From contig JAFTTY010000038.1 in assembly GCA_017466525.1 (NCBI GenBank), positions 468-64,467 on the forward strand: a stretch of DNA of 64,000 nt, in the 5' to 3' direction. A model generated the notes under the pieces. That model saw nothing but the letters and a program-made list of their open reading frames with translations, was not told the DNA's origin and made no database searches. This DNA is from Alphaproteobacteria bacterium (GTDB lineage Bacteria; Pseudomonadota; Alphaproteobacteria; Rs-D84). This document shows, piece after piece, positions 20,277 to 29,724 of the stretch. Within the stretch, counting starts at the first letter, position 1, and the number at the start of each line of letters is the position of its first letter. Made by a program: the position numbers and the translations under genes.

Positions 20277-20280
20277 ATAC

Positions 20281-20307
20281 ATAGCGCGCCATTGGCGCGC
20301 TTTTTTA
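20281..20307 (+). terminator. tig terminator
   Basis: AGCGCGCC-att-GGCGCGCT followed by TTTTTT. Confidence 0.8.
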
Positions 20308-20331
20308 TCACAAGAAAAAAAGGAATTACAT

Positions 20332-21138
20332 ATGACTACACAAAAATACAATCCAAAATACTGGCTATATGAACTAATCAAAAACCTGGCCCCGAAAACC
20401 CAGAGTTGTATTATCAAACATGGCGCACATCAATACAATTTAGACCGCAGAACCACCGCGTCCAATCAGCAACTAACACAAACCGAAGTTCATGACATAT
20501 TGGCATATCTGATACACATATACACAAAATATTATTTACCAGAACAACGAAAATCACCACACTGGCAAGACATAATTGACGAACAAAAATACAAACAAAT
20601 TCCACGCAGATACCATGGCATATATCGACCGCTGGGCGATGGGAAATACTGCATCAAGAAATCATTCTATAATGTATGCAAAACAAATTGGTGCCATACC
20701 CCAAATGCCAGCGTACTGGCAAACCCAGGTACAGACAAAAACAAATTAAAAAAATTGATAACACAACTACATCCATATACCAGTGTCTTTTATGAATACG
20801 ATTTCGAAAAAATACGCGAAATTCTAGTTCAATTAATTGATATGACACATGTACTGCATGTTCCAACCCCACAAACAGAATATGGCGCATTTGGCTGTAT
20901 AACAGTTATACCAAAAGACCCTACATATCATGAATATATCACGGAACAAGCAACACGAAACAGCAAACTACGCGCATTAAAAGAACTACAAGGCATACGC
21001 GACTCAAACGAACACTTAATTAGCCTTGAAGACGAACGACACAAACACAACAAAAAAATGCTGGCCAACGAATTTGAAAATAAAAAATCTAAATTTTTCA
21101 AAAAGGCACGCTCTCCTTTCTCAATAAAAACCCGTTAA
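20332..21138 (+). CDS. Hypothetical cytoplasmic protein (268 aa), no recognisable motif
   Basis: Good SD (AAGGA) before the ATG. Sits 12 nt upstream of thyA. No signal peptide. His/Tyr/Lys-rich. Confidence 0.5.
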   Translation: MTTQKYNPKYWLYELIKNLAPKTQSCIIKHGAHQYNLDRRTTASNQQLTQTEVHDILAYLIHIYTKYYLPEQRKSPHWQDIIDEQKYKQIPRRYHGIYRPLGDGKYCIKKSFYNVCKTNWCHTPNASVLANPGTDKNKLKKLITQLHPYTSVFYEYDFEKIREILVQLIDMTHVLHVPTPQTEYGAFGCITVIPKDPTYHEYITEQATRNSKLRALKELQGIRDSNEHLISLEDERHKHNKKMLANEFENKKSKFFKKARSPFSIKTR

Positions 21139-21150
21139 AAAGGATATAAA

Positions 21151-22119
21151 ATGAAAGCATATTTAGACATACTGGGCGACATTTATAAAAACAGAACAGA
21201 CATTCGCAACAACCGCACCGGCATTCATGACATCGGAATTGGTCACGGTGCAACATTTGTTCACGACATGGACATGGGTTTCCCACTGATTACGACCAAA
21301 AAAATGGGACTAAAAAATATCGCAACAGAATTAGAATTTTTCCTATACGGAATAACCGACAAAAAATGGCTGACCGACCGCAACTGCAAAATCTGGAACG
21401 AATGGGCAAATCCAATCAAAGTCGAACAAGAATACAACACGCGAATGGACGCGCTAAAACACCTTAACATAACACCACCCGACAAGAGCAAACAAATAGT
21501 CCGCAATTCTATCATGGACAAAGAGCGCGACCTGGGGCCAATCTATGGATTCCAATGGCGTCATTTTGGCGGCGAATATCAGTGGGACCAAAATCGCATA
21601 GAACGCGACCCGACCGACAACTTTAACCCACAAAAACCAGGCATCGACCAAGTCGCAAACGCAATTGATAAAATAAAGAACAACCCAAACGACCGTCGCA
21701 TTATTGTATCTGCATGGAATCCGGTTGATTTTCCACAAATGGCATTGCCACCATGCCATGTCATGCACCAATTAATCGTGCGCGACGGCAAACTAAATCT
21801 AATCTGGACCCAACGTTCATGCGACATGTTCTTAGGGATTCCTTATAATATTGCCAGTTACGCATTATTATTACTGCTTTACGCAAAAGAGGCAGGTTTA
21901 AAGCCCGGCATTCTAAAAGGCGAATTACACGACGCACACATTTACACAAACCATCTGCCCCAGGTTGCAACACAATTGCAACGCAAACCACATCCATTGC
22001 CAACCGTTGAAATACCTGATGAAAATTGGCACGGCATGTTAAAGTGGCATGCAAATGATGGTTTTAAATTAAAAGACTATGTCTGTCATGAACGCCTGCG
22101 TGGCGACGTCGCCCGATAA
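21151..22119 (+). CDS. thyA: Thymidylate synthase (long form with internal insertion)
   Basis: RTGIHDIG..., LGPIYGFQWRHFG, DRRIIVSAWNP, ALPPCHVMHQL (catalytic Cys) and SCDMFLGIPYNIASYALL. Confidence 0.95.
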   Translation: MKAYLDILGDIYKNRTDIRNNRTGIHDIGIGHGATFVHDMDMGFPLITTKKMGLKNIATELEFFLYGITDKKWLTDRNCKIWNEWANPIKVEQEYNTRMDALKHLNITPPDKSKQIVRNSIMDKERDLGPIYGFQWRHFGGEYQWDQNRIERDPTDNFNPQKPGIDQVANAIDKIKNNPNDRRIIVSAWNPVDFPQMALPPCHVMHQLIVRDGKLNLIWTQRSCDMFLGIPYNIASYALLLLLYAKEAGLKPGILKGELHDAHIYTNHLPQVATQLQRKPHPLPTVEIPDENWHGMLKWHANDGFKLKDYVCHERLRGDVAR

Positions 22120-22120
22120 A

Positions 22121-22147
22121 CAAATCCCCCATTCGGGGGATTTTTTA
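22121..22147. terminator. Bidirectional terminator (thyA / 22145 gene)
   Basis: ATCCCCC-attc-GGGGGAT followed by TTTTTT. It overlaps the TAA of the minus-strand gene. Confidence 0.8.
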
Positions 22148-24382
22148 TTTCATCGGTTCAAAACATTCACCTGTACTTTCTGCACAACACAGCCCATCCA
22201 TGAAATTTTCACCTGCACAGCAACCATTCATATCTGGCGCATTTCCGTCGGAACACATCTGTTGTTCTTCTTCAAGGATTTCCGCTGCACCAACAATCGC
22301 TGGCTCAGAATATTCCACAACTGGCGCATCTACATCAACTTCCTCTTCGACAACTTCTTCTGCATCTGTTTCATATTCTTCATCGGCGACAAACATTTTT
22401 TCCTGTTGTGAAACATTATAAACCGGTTTTACCGCAATTATATCCGCCACAGATTTAGTCTCAGCCGGCGCAACAACCTCATCTGACAAAAATGGGGAAT
22501 CTGTTGCTGTCTCTTCCTCTGCCACGACGGATTCTTCAATATCCTTTTCTGGTTCCGGCGCAACCTGCACAGCAACCGGTTCAATATCTGGAAATACTGC
22601 TGCGTCAATATCAATATCGTTAATTTCTACGTCTGCGAGCTCCTCAACAACAGGTGTAACATCCACTTCTTCTGTTTCCTCTACAACTGGTTCAACAGCA
22701 ACTGCTTCCTGTACTTCTGTTTCTTTTTCAGTACTATCATCATCAACGACCGTTAAATCAATAAATGGTGATGGCACATCTGTTTTTTCTTCTGCAACAG
22801 CTTCTGCTTCTTTTTCATCCGCTTTGTCTGCATCCGCTGTCACATCTTCTGACTTTTCTTCAGCAACAGCAACCTGGACATCTAATACAGGCATCGCCGT
22901 ATCCGGAGCAGACTTCTGATAGAACCACAGCGTAAACACAGACAATACAATTAATATTATCAGCAAAATATAATATAACATCGTGGGCTTACGACGAACA
23001 GCCGTCACAGGCGACGTTGCGCCCGTAATTGGCGATACGGGCCGCGTTTCAGGCGCAGTTGGCGCTTCTTCTATTTCTGGCATCGGCGTCGGCACAGATT
23101 CTTCAACAATCTCTTGAACAGTGGGCTCTGCATACTCTGCTACTGGTGCAACCGGCACAACCGGTTCTGTCTCAACAGGCTTTTCTTCTGTCACTTCATA
23201 CGACGATTGTGACGAAACATCTGGGACATCAGAAAAACCAGGTATATCAATTGTCGCCATCAGTTCAGAATCAATCTGTTCTGCCGGCACAGTTGTCAAA
23301 GAATCCAACACAGGTGCTGGTTCCGCCGCTGGGGCAGGGGCAGGCACTTCCTCTTTCGCCACATCAACAGGTGGTACAAATGACAATGGCTGCACCATTT
23401 CTGTTTTCTCTTCTGCCACAACCGGCGCAACCTGCGTTTCCTTATTCGCATTAAAATCAATCGGCTTAAACGCAATATTCTCATCCAAGATTTCTGGATC
23501 TTCATCAAACAAGGGTTTTACTTCTTCGTCGGCCATATCTTCCGCCTTTGTTTCTGTTGTTAAATCTGTAAATTCTGGAACCACATTCATAGGCACTGGT
23601 GCAGGTTCAGTTACCGCAACATCTGTTGACGCAGGCATCGCAGGCAATGCCACAACCTGGTCATCATTTACATCTGCATCACCCAACAACGCATCCAAAA
23701 TTCCGCGTGCAACATCTGCATCATCTTCTGCTGCGATTAATCTGCGTTGCGCACTGGCCAAGCGTTTTTTTGCACGCGCCATCTTTTCATTAACCGCATC
23801 AATCTGTGCCTCTGTTCGTAATATTTTTGATGCCGACTGCTTAGTTGGCTCTTTCCCAATATCTTTACGTTGGGCAGACAACTTTGTACGCAGATTTTTT
23901 AAACGTTCTTGCAGTTCTTTGATCGTTTCTTTGGTCTTTTCGATTGTTTCACGCGCATTCTTCGCCATCACATCTGCAGCACCCAAGCGCTCAAACGCAG
24001 CATTACGCGATGCCATATTTCGAAACGCCTGTAATTTTTCGGTTGCGCCATCAACGCCATCTCCCGCAACATACGCGCGTATCAAAGCATCATAAACACC
24101 CAATCCAGAATATTCGATATCCAGTTTTTGATACTTGTTATCTTTCTTTGGGCGCACATCCTCTAAATCAACACCATAGTCGTTTGTTAAGATATCATCC
24201 CACTTACGAATTCCCACAGGATTAATCACCAACAATACATTTGGCTTTGTCGCACTAACCGCGAAATCCAAAACGAACACCAATTTATCATCTGCGTCAT
24301 AATAGGCACGCAAATAGTTGCCCGAAATATCATAATCGACAAATTTCAAAGAACCGTTAAAGTTTTCTCTCTCGTTCGACAT
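22145..24382 (-). CDS. Acidic bitopic membrane protein: N-terminal globular plus coiled-coil region, one TM, Glu/Val/Pro/Ala-rich regions, Cys-rich C-terminus
   Basis: Uninterrupted ~745-codon ORF starting 22 nt after the gcrA stop (ATG 24382; the track uses TTG 24397). TM helix MLYYILLIILIVLSVFTLWFY. Last 37 aa contain 7 Cys (CSDGNAPDMNGCCAGENFMDGLCCAESTGEC). Confidence 0.65.
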   Translation of the reverse strand: MSNERENFNGSLKFVDYDISGNYLRAYYDADDKLVFVLDFAVSATKPNVLLVINPVGIRKWDDILTNDYGVDLEDVRPKKDNKYQKLDIEYSGLGVYDALIRAYVAGDGVDGATEKLQAFRNMASRNAAFERLGAADVMAKNARETIEKTKETIKELQERLKNLRTKLSAQRKDIGKEPTKQSASKILRTEAQIDAVNEKMARAKKRLASAQRRLIAAEDDADVARGILDALLGDADVNDDQVVALPAMPASTDVAVTEPAPVPMNVVPEFTDLTTETKAEDMADEEVKPLFDEDPEILDENIAFKPIDFNANKETQVAPVVAEEKTEMVQPLSFVPPVDVAKEEVPAPAPAAEPAPVLDSLTTVPAEQIDSELMATIDIPGFSDVPDVSSQSSYEVTEEKPVETEPVVPVAPVAEYAEPTVQEIVEESVPTPMPEIEEAPTAPETRPVSPITGATSPVTAVRRKPTMLYYILLIILIVLSVFTLWFYQKSAPDTAMPVLDVQVAVAEEKSEDVTADADKADEKEAEAVAEEKTDVPSPFIDLTVVDDDSTEKETEVQEAVAVEPVVEETEEVDVTPVVEELADVEINDIDIDAAVFPDIEPVAVQVAPEPEKDIEESVVAEEETATDSPFLSDEVVAPAETKSVADIIAVKPVYNVSQQEKMFVADEEYETDAEEVVEEEVDVDAPVVEYSEPAIVGAAEILEEEQQMCSDGNAPDMNGCCAGENFMDGLCCAESTGECFEPMK

Positions 24383-24404
24383 ACGTGTATTCCCCAATTA
24401 AATC

Positions 24405-25022
24405 CTATTTCTTTTTTGGTGGTGCAAACTGATACGCCTGTTTACAGTGTTCGTAACAATACGGTTTTCCAACAAAAACAGTTTCACCACAAAAATGAAA
24501 ATGTTCAGAATCAGGATCACCAATCGGCCAACGGCACTGATTTGGTTTTAAATTCGCCATTTCCAAAGAATGTTGAATAATTCGCTGATGCATCGCCAAA
24601 TTTTTGGCACTGGTCTTAGCAGACGACGTTTTTGTCGCAGCATCTTTGACAGGCTTTACAACATCTACTTTAACTTTTTTTGCGGACGCCTTTGATGTTA
24701 CATCCTTTTTTGCGACCGTCGTCTTTTTTGTCGCCGGCTTTTTTGCTGCATCCACGACCTTTGTTACAACCTTTTTTGTTGCGGTCTTTTTTACAGCAAC
24801 CCCTTTTATCGCCTTTTTTGCGGCTGTCTTTTTTTCTTTTACTGGTTCCGCCTTTACCGCAGCAGCACCACCAGCTTTGGCATTCCAACCCAAACGATTC
24901 AGTTTGCCAACAATCGCATTCTTAGACATACCCAAACGCTTACCAATTTCGGCGGTCGACAACCCTTTGCCAGTCAAGGCCTTCAATTTTTTTAAGGCAA
25001 TACTATCCCAACCCTTGCTCAT
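24405..25022 (-). CDS. gcrA: Cell-cycle regulator GcrA
   Basis: N-terminus WDSIALKKLKALTGKGLSTAEIGKRLGMSKNAIVGKLNRLG and C-terminus CRWPIGDPDSEHFHFCGE...PYCYEHCKQAY are the GcrA signatures. The Lys/Ala-rich linker is variable. Confidence 0.9.
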   Translation of the reverse strand: MSKGWDSIALKKLKALTGKGLSTAEIGKRLGMSKNAIVGKLNRLGWNAKAGGAAAVKAEPVKEKKTAAKKAIKGVAVKKTATKKVVTKVVDAAKKPATKKTTVAKKDVTSKASAKKVKVDVVKPVKDAATKTSSAKTSAKNLAMHQRIIQHSLEMANLKPNQCRWPIGDPDSEHFHFCGETVFVGKPYCYEHCKQAYQFAPPKKK

Positions 25023-25093
25023 TTTACAAAACCCTTGTTATACATTATGATATTAGTGTAGCATATATCCGATTCGAAAGGCAAGGGGGAAAA

Positions 25094-25564
25094 ATGTTTT
25101 TGCAAATATTTTTCATTTTTTTTATTTTGACAGCAATTTGGCTTAGCATCAAAATTTCTATCGCAGATTTCAAACGGCGCATAATTCCAGACGCCTATCT
25201 ATTTCCGCTGATGCTGATTGGATTAATATTGATTTCTTTTTATCATTTTCCAACCAATATTCAAGATGCGGTCATTGGTGCAACAGCCGGCTATTTATTG
25301 GCAACCTGTGTCGGCTGCGCGTTTGACTACTATATGCGAAAACACGGGGACAATATAACACCCCCAATTGGAATGGGCGACATAAAACTGATTGGCGTTG
25401 GCGGATTATGGCTAGGCGCAACTGGATTAGCCTATGCATTAATCATTGCCTGCATAACCGGCGCAATTTGGGCACGCATACGCCACCAAAAATACATACC
25501 TTTTGCACCGTTCTTTCTGTTGGGTGGATTTTTGTCTTTGATTGCAAACCACATTTTGCTATAA
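25094..25564 (+). CDS. A24-family prepilin peptidase homologue (CpaA/TadV-size, no methyltransferase domain)
   Basis: Polytopic, 156 aa. First Asp motif is IADFKRRIIPD and second is GMGDIKLIGVGG. Confidence 0.82.
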   Translation: MFLQIFFIFFILTAIWLSIKISIADFKRRIIPDAYLFPLMLIGLILISFYHFPTNIQDAVIGATAGYLLATCVGCAFDYYMRKHGDNITPPIGMGDIKLIGVGGLWLGATGLAYALIIACITGAIWARIRHQKYIPFAPFFLLGGFLSLIANHILL

Positions 25565-25589
25565 TACTTGTAATTAGAGGGGAACAGGA

Positions 25590-26465
25590 ATGAGAATTAA
25601 ATTACCTATATTCTTTGCAATATCTGCACTAACATTGACATACGCACACGCAAACACCCCAGCCCCATTTTCGCAATATGGGATGATTCAAAACGTGCAA
25701 AACTATTCGACTAATCCATATTGGGATCCAAACGGCCCATATAATCAGCGTTTGCCACAACCAATATATGTCCAAGGCGTACAAATCGAAACTGCCGAAT
25801 GTCAACAGGTCGTTGCCGGTTTGGTCGCGACACAATGCGCGATGCGTAATAACTGTCGTGATTCACGTATCAGTGACATCAGACCCGCAATAATGCTGCA
25901 ACTATCACAAATCCCAAATGGAAATTATGCAACGGCATGCAGTGGTTATATTGATTCTGCATTTGACAACTATGTCCAACAATACGGCTATGCAATGCCA
26001 ACAGGTGTTGTTTCATACCCAGCCCCCATTGTTGAAGAACCTGCACCACAAATTGAAATACAAAATCCATACGTCCCAATTGTTCCAGACTGGGCAACAG
26101 AAATGATGGAGCGCAAACAAGAACTGCTGGATTTACAGGCAATAAATGGCGCAAATAAAATTGAATTAAAAAAAACCGAATACCCAAAAGTATATGCTGA
26201 TCTGTCTTTTTCAGACCGCATGGAAAACGCGGCTGTTGGATATGAACCATACAAAGATAAAAAGGCATACGTTCCAATTACTATCGAAGACGAAGCATCA
26301 TATCTGGAACGCAAACAAAAATTGGCAGAGTTGCGCAAACAGAAATATTGTTTAGACCAGAAAAAAAAATATGACGAAATGGCATCTGCATTAAATGCGA
26401 TAAAAAAATGTCGCGAATCAAAAACCCCAAAGTCTAAATGCAGTGGGATCGAAAAATATTTATGA
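25590..26465 (+). CDS. Secreted hypothetical protein P1 (291 aa)
   Basis: Sec signal MRIKLPIFFAISALTLTYAHA with SD AGAGGGGA. The C-terminal ~58-aa module is shared with P4. Confidence 0.6.
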   Translation: MRIKLPIFFAISALTLTYAHANTPAPFSQYGMIQNVQNYSTNPYWDPNGPYNQRLPQPIYVQGVQIETAECQQVVAGLVATQCAMRNNCRDSRISDIRPAIMLQLSQIPNGNYATACSGYIDSAFDNYVQQYGYAMPTGVVSYPAPIVEEPAPQIEIQNPYVPIVPDWATEMMERKQELLDLQAINGANKIELKKTEYPKVYADLSFSDRMENAAVGYEPYKDKKAYVPITIEDEASYLERKQKLAELRKQKYCLDQKKKYDEMASALNAIKKCRESKTPKSKCSGIEKYL

Positions 26466-27901
26466 GAACATCAACTGTATCTTTTTTCACACTATTAGCA
26501 TTTGGTGTTTTTACCAACACCGAAATTTTTGCACTAAATTGGAACGACCCAGGGGTGAATCCTGTAATGTCCATCAGTGACCGGGCTTGGCGCGACGCAA
26601 ACACAGGAAGAAGAATTAGCATAAAAGACATGCCTAAAGACGGTCCACCCGTCGCAGGCACAAGCACGGGCACGAGCACGGGCAAGACTACTGGAACATC
26701 GTCCAGCACCACAAAAGCAAAACCCATCGCAAAAAATGACCCCAAACCGACAACAACCACCACCAGTACAACAGGAAAATCCGGCAAATTAAATGCTGCC
26801 AAGGGTGTGTTAGGCAAGGCCGCGGGGGTTGCAGGTGGCGCACTTGGTGCATATGGTGTTTATGAAAACACCGCAGGTTCACACGAACATTCCGCCGGCA
26901 ATGTTGTTGGTGGAACACTGTCTGGTATGGTAGCCGGCGCATCCATCGGCAGCATCATCCCCGCTGTTGGCACAGGTGTCGGCGCGGCTGTTGGTGCGGC
27001 TGTTGGCGGCGTAATCAGCGGATCTCAATTATTCTCTGAAACAGACTGTTTACAAGATCCGATTACAAAAAAATTTACATGTTGTAACACGCAATTTAAT
27101 TCCGGCGAACGCCAGGTTCCAATTGGCGGCTATATGTTCTGCGAAAAAAACAATGCAAATGGCACACCATTCCCAGGGGTCCGCCAATGTCTGCAAGAGG
27201 GCAGCGCCACCGAAACATCATGGTGGTCGGGCGGCGCATTCAAAGACGACCATTGGTCCGCAGAATGTTCCTATAAATGGTGTGACACCACTCCAACAAC
27301 CGAACAATTGGGAAATCCTGGCATAAAATTTGAACCAGACACAACTAACTTTTGTTATAAGTGGAGCATCGATACATCATCTACAACCACAACAACCGAT
27401 ACAAGCACCTCAACCAGCACAACCGGCACGACTGGCACCACAGGCGCAACAGGCACCACAGCCGGAACCGCAGCCGGAACCACACCTAGCACACCAGTAT
27501 CAGAACCAATAAACGACGAATACACAAACCTGGTTAATCGTATTGAACAAGAAATGACTGAACTGGAACAACAATGCGAAATATTCAATAAAAATCGCGA
27601 ATCAATAAACTATACATCTGGTGGCAGTACAACAACAGCTAATGCTCAAAACACAATAGGCACAATTGTCGCACAACCAACAACCACACAGCCAATGATT
27701 ATGGCGGTACCCGGTGCACAAGTTATGCAAATTGCGCAACCCACAACCGCTGCCCAGACCGGCACAGCCAACGCAACTAACACAACTGCCCAAACAGATT
27801 CAACCACCCAGACCGGCACAACTAACAATACACAACTAGCCGCGACCAGCACTACAAATCCCCCCAGTACAACAACAACGGCCACAACAACAACCAAATA
27901 A
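26462..27901 (+). CDS. Secreted Thr-rich protein P2 with a glycine-zipper segment and a Cys/Trp-rich central domain
   Basis: ATG 26462 overlaps the P1 stop (ATGA). Signal MRTSTVSFFTLLAFGVFTNTEIFA. Glycine zipper GGTLSGMVAGASIGSIIPAVGTGVGAAVGAAVGGVISGS (Rick_17kDa_Anti-like by recollection). Poly-Thr/Ser/Gly tracts are present. Confidence 0.6.
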   Translation: MRTSTVSFFTLLAFGVFTNTEIFALNWNDPGVNPVMSISDRAWRDANTGRRISIKDMPKDGPPVAGTSTGTSTGKTTGTSSSTTKAKPIAKNDPKPTTTTTSTTGKSGKLNAAKGVLGKAAGVAGGALGAYGVYENTAGSHEHSAGNVVGGTLSGMVAGASIGSIIPAVGTGVGAAVGAAVGGVISGSQLFSETDCLQDPITKKFTCCNTQFNSGERQVPIGGYMFCEKNNANGTPFPGVRQCLQEGSATETSWWSGGAFKDDHWSAECSYKWCDTTPTTEQLGNPGIKFEPDTTNFCYKWSIDTSSTTTTTDTSTSTSTTGTTGTTGATGTTAGTAAGTTPSTPVSEPINDEYTNLVNRIEQEMTELEQQCEIFNKNRESINYTSGGSTTTANAQNTIGTIVAQPTTTQPMIMAVPGAQVMQIAQPTTAAQTGTANATNTTAQTDSTTQTGTTNNTQLAATSTTNPPSTTTTATTTTK

Positions 27902-27908
27902 TAATACC

Positions 27909-29720
27909 ATGCATTTCATAATTCGCTTTTTTTTGTCTTTATTTGCCGTATCAACTGCATTTGCAAATGCTGATAATTATGGCTTGCCAAGTGCCACAAC
28001 AACACAAACAGAAAAACCGTCACTGGTCGCGGATGGCACAACACCCGCTGGATACGAAGACGCAATGACCGTCGACGAAATATTAATCACACCACCCGCA
28101 AAAACAGAATGCGCGACCAAGGCATTTGCAGACGCCTTGGCACAGAACGCCGGCAAAATCAAAGAATCCGAACACGAGACCGCTGTTCAAATGTGGATTC
28201 AACAAACTTTTGCGGACAAAGACACTTTAACCAAGGTTTTGGCATGCCCAGAAATTGCCGGTGCTGCAGAAGATGAAACAATTAAATTTATACCTATACA
28301 ATACAAATTTCCTGGCGGTCGCGAAATTATCGTAAATTACGAAACACAACCCAAGGTATTAAAACAACGTCTAACATTAGCAACAAAACGAGGATTGCCA
28401 TCTGACGATCCCAACCCACGTATTGGCAGCGCTGATGATACCGCCATTTGGACCAATACGGATCCTGCGTGGTATGCCATTATGGTAACCGAACACGGTG
28501 CATTAAATGAATTCGTTGGCCCAGACAAGAACAATACCATCGCCATTAATTATATCAAAGATCACATCGATGATTTTTATCCAAATGCATTACTAAACGG
28601 TGGCACATGTACCAGCCGCAGCGCGCTTTCTAGCGATGAAGACATGATTAATAAAACCGTCACAAAAACCGTCAACATGAAAGAAACTACCGGCGAAGAC
28701 GACACAAACGATTACTATGTTGCCGGCGATATAAACCTGCAATGGATTTCATATTTAGAAATCGCATTGGATGTAGTTATCACAATTGTCACATTTGGCG
28801 GTGGCACGGTCATATCTGGCATGGCCAAAGCCGCACGTGCATCAAGGGCATTAAAAGGAATGAAGACGACATTAAACACCCTAAAAGCATCTGACAAAGT
28901 TATCGATTTTGTAAAAACAACTCAACGGATTGATAAATTAACCGATGAAATCAAAATGTTGGACAAGGTAACAGACGCTGCAAAAATCGCCGAAAAAACC
29001 AAAGAACTAGATAAATTAAATGATGCCCGAAAAACATTAGACAAAGCAGACGATGTAAAAAAATACAAAGAAACCATGGACACATATAAAAAACTAAATG
29101 CATATCGCCGTAATTTACGTTTACTGCGCCCAGCACAACGTGGCAACATCATGGCACGTGCCGTAAAAGCAACAAAATCCGCATGGTCGGGAAACCGTTT
29201 AATTAAGCAAGGTGCAAAACTGGGACGTAACGGCAAATTTTCTGGCCGCGTTCGCGATTTCTTATTCAATTCAACAATGCGGAACGCCAGTCGTTTGGGC
29301 AAAATGTCTGCTGCAGGTGGCGTACTATACACCGCACTAAAATTTGCAGGCGACATGTATGACTGGACAGAAACCAGTACCGGTGAATTTACCAGTGGCG
29401 TCGAATTTGCACCATTATTATTACTGTCAGCGGACGATTTACAAGGTCAAGAAAACGTCGTCAATCACGGAATGTGGCTGATGTGGGCAGGCGATTCTTT
29501 AAGTGCTGCCGACGACGACGCCGCATATTTACAGGCCATGGATTTTGCATCCAAATTCCACGAAGACTTAATGGAAATGCAATCTGACACCAGCAGTCCA
29601 TGCAATGTTGACATCTTCGTTGTTCGCCCGATATTACGCGATCCTGGTTCCGATACCGCCGCGCTATATTATTTAGTTATGACAGATCAACCATGGACAA
29701 CCGCAGAAACTACAAAATAA
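27909..29720 (+). CDS. Secreted/membrane hypothetical protein P3 (603 aa)
   Basis: Signal MHFIIRFFLSLFAVSTAFA. Hydrophobic segment WISYLEIALDVVITIVTFGGGTVISGMA followed by a Lys-rich coiled-coil-like region. No known motif. Confidence 0.6.
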   Translation: MHFIIRFFLSLFAVSTAFANADNYGLPSATTTQTEKPSLVADGTTPAGYEDAMTVDEILITPPAKTECATKAFADALAQNAGKIKESEHETAVQMWIQQTFADKDTLTKVLACPEIAGAAEDETIKFIPIQYKFPGGREIIVNYETQPKVLKQRLTLATKRGLPSDDPNPRIGSADDTAIWTNTDPAWYAIMVTEHGALNEFVGPDKNNTIAINYIKDHIDDFYPNALLNGGTCTSRSALSSDEDMINKTVTKTVNMKETTGEDDTNDYYVAGDINLQWISYLEIALDVVITIVTFGGGTVISGMAKAARASRALKGMKTTLNTLKASDKVIDFVKTTQRIDKLTDEIKMLDKVTDAAKIAEKTKELDKLNDARKTLDKADDVKKYKETMDTYKKLNAYRRNLRLLRPAQRGNIMARAVKATKSAWSGNRLIKQGAKLGRNGKFSGRVRDFLFNSTMRNASRLGKMSAAGGVLYTALKFAGDMYDWTETSTGEFTSGVEFAPLLLLSADDLQGQENVVNHGMWLMWAGDSLSAADDDAAYLQAMDFASKFHEDLMEMQSDTSSPCNVDIFVVRPILRDPGSDTAALYYLVMTDQPWTTAETTK

Positions 29721-29724
29721 ACAA

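Noticed and set aside
23121-24095. 324-aa plus-strand Ser/Thr/Ala/Gly-rich ORF, plus 23029..23454 and 22200..22421
   Set aside because: It is a mirror-image low-complexity shadow of the 745-aa acidic minus-strand ORF. The minus-strand reading has a coherent architecture (coiled coil, TM, Cys tail) and sits in operon position behind gcrA.
24604-25050. 148-aa plus-strand ORF antisense to gcrA
   Set aside because: The minus strand encodes an unmistakable GcrA. The plus-strand ORF is a Phe/Ala/Thr-rich shadow of the Lys/Ala linker.
25023-25093. CcrM (GANTC) or CtrA-box regulation of the divergent gcrA/peptidase promoter
   Set aside because: I see a single GATTC near 25069 and no TTAA-N7-TTAA. 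One pentamer is expected by chance, so no claim is made.
25094-25564. Interpreting the A24 peptidase as part of a Tad/Flp or type IV pilus locus
   Set aside because: There is no Flp or pilin-like ORF, including small ones I looked for near the gene. There is no CpaF/TadA ATPase, secretin or TadBC anywhere in the 64 kb. The downstream proteins have Sec-type rather than class-III leaders.
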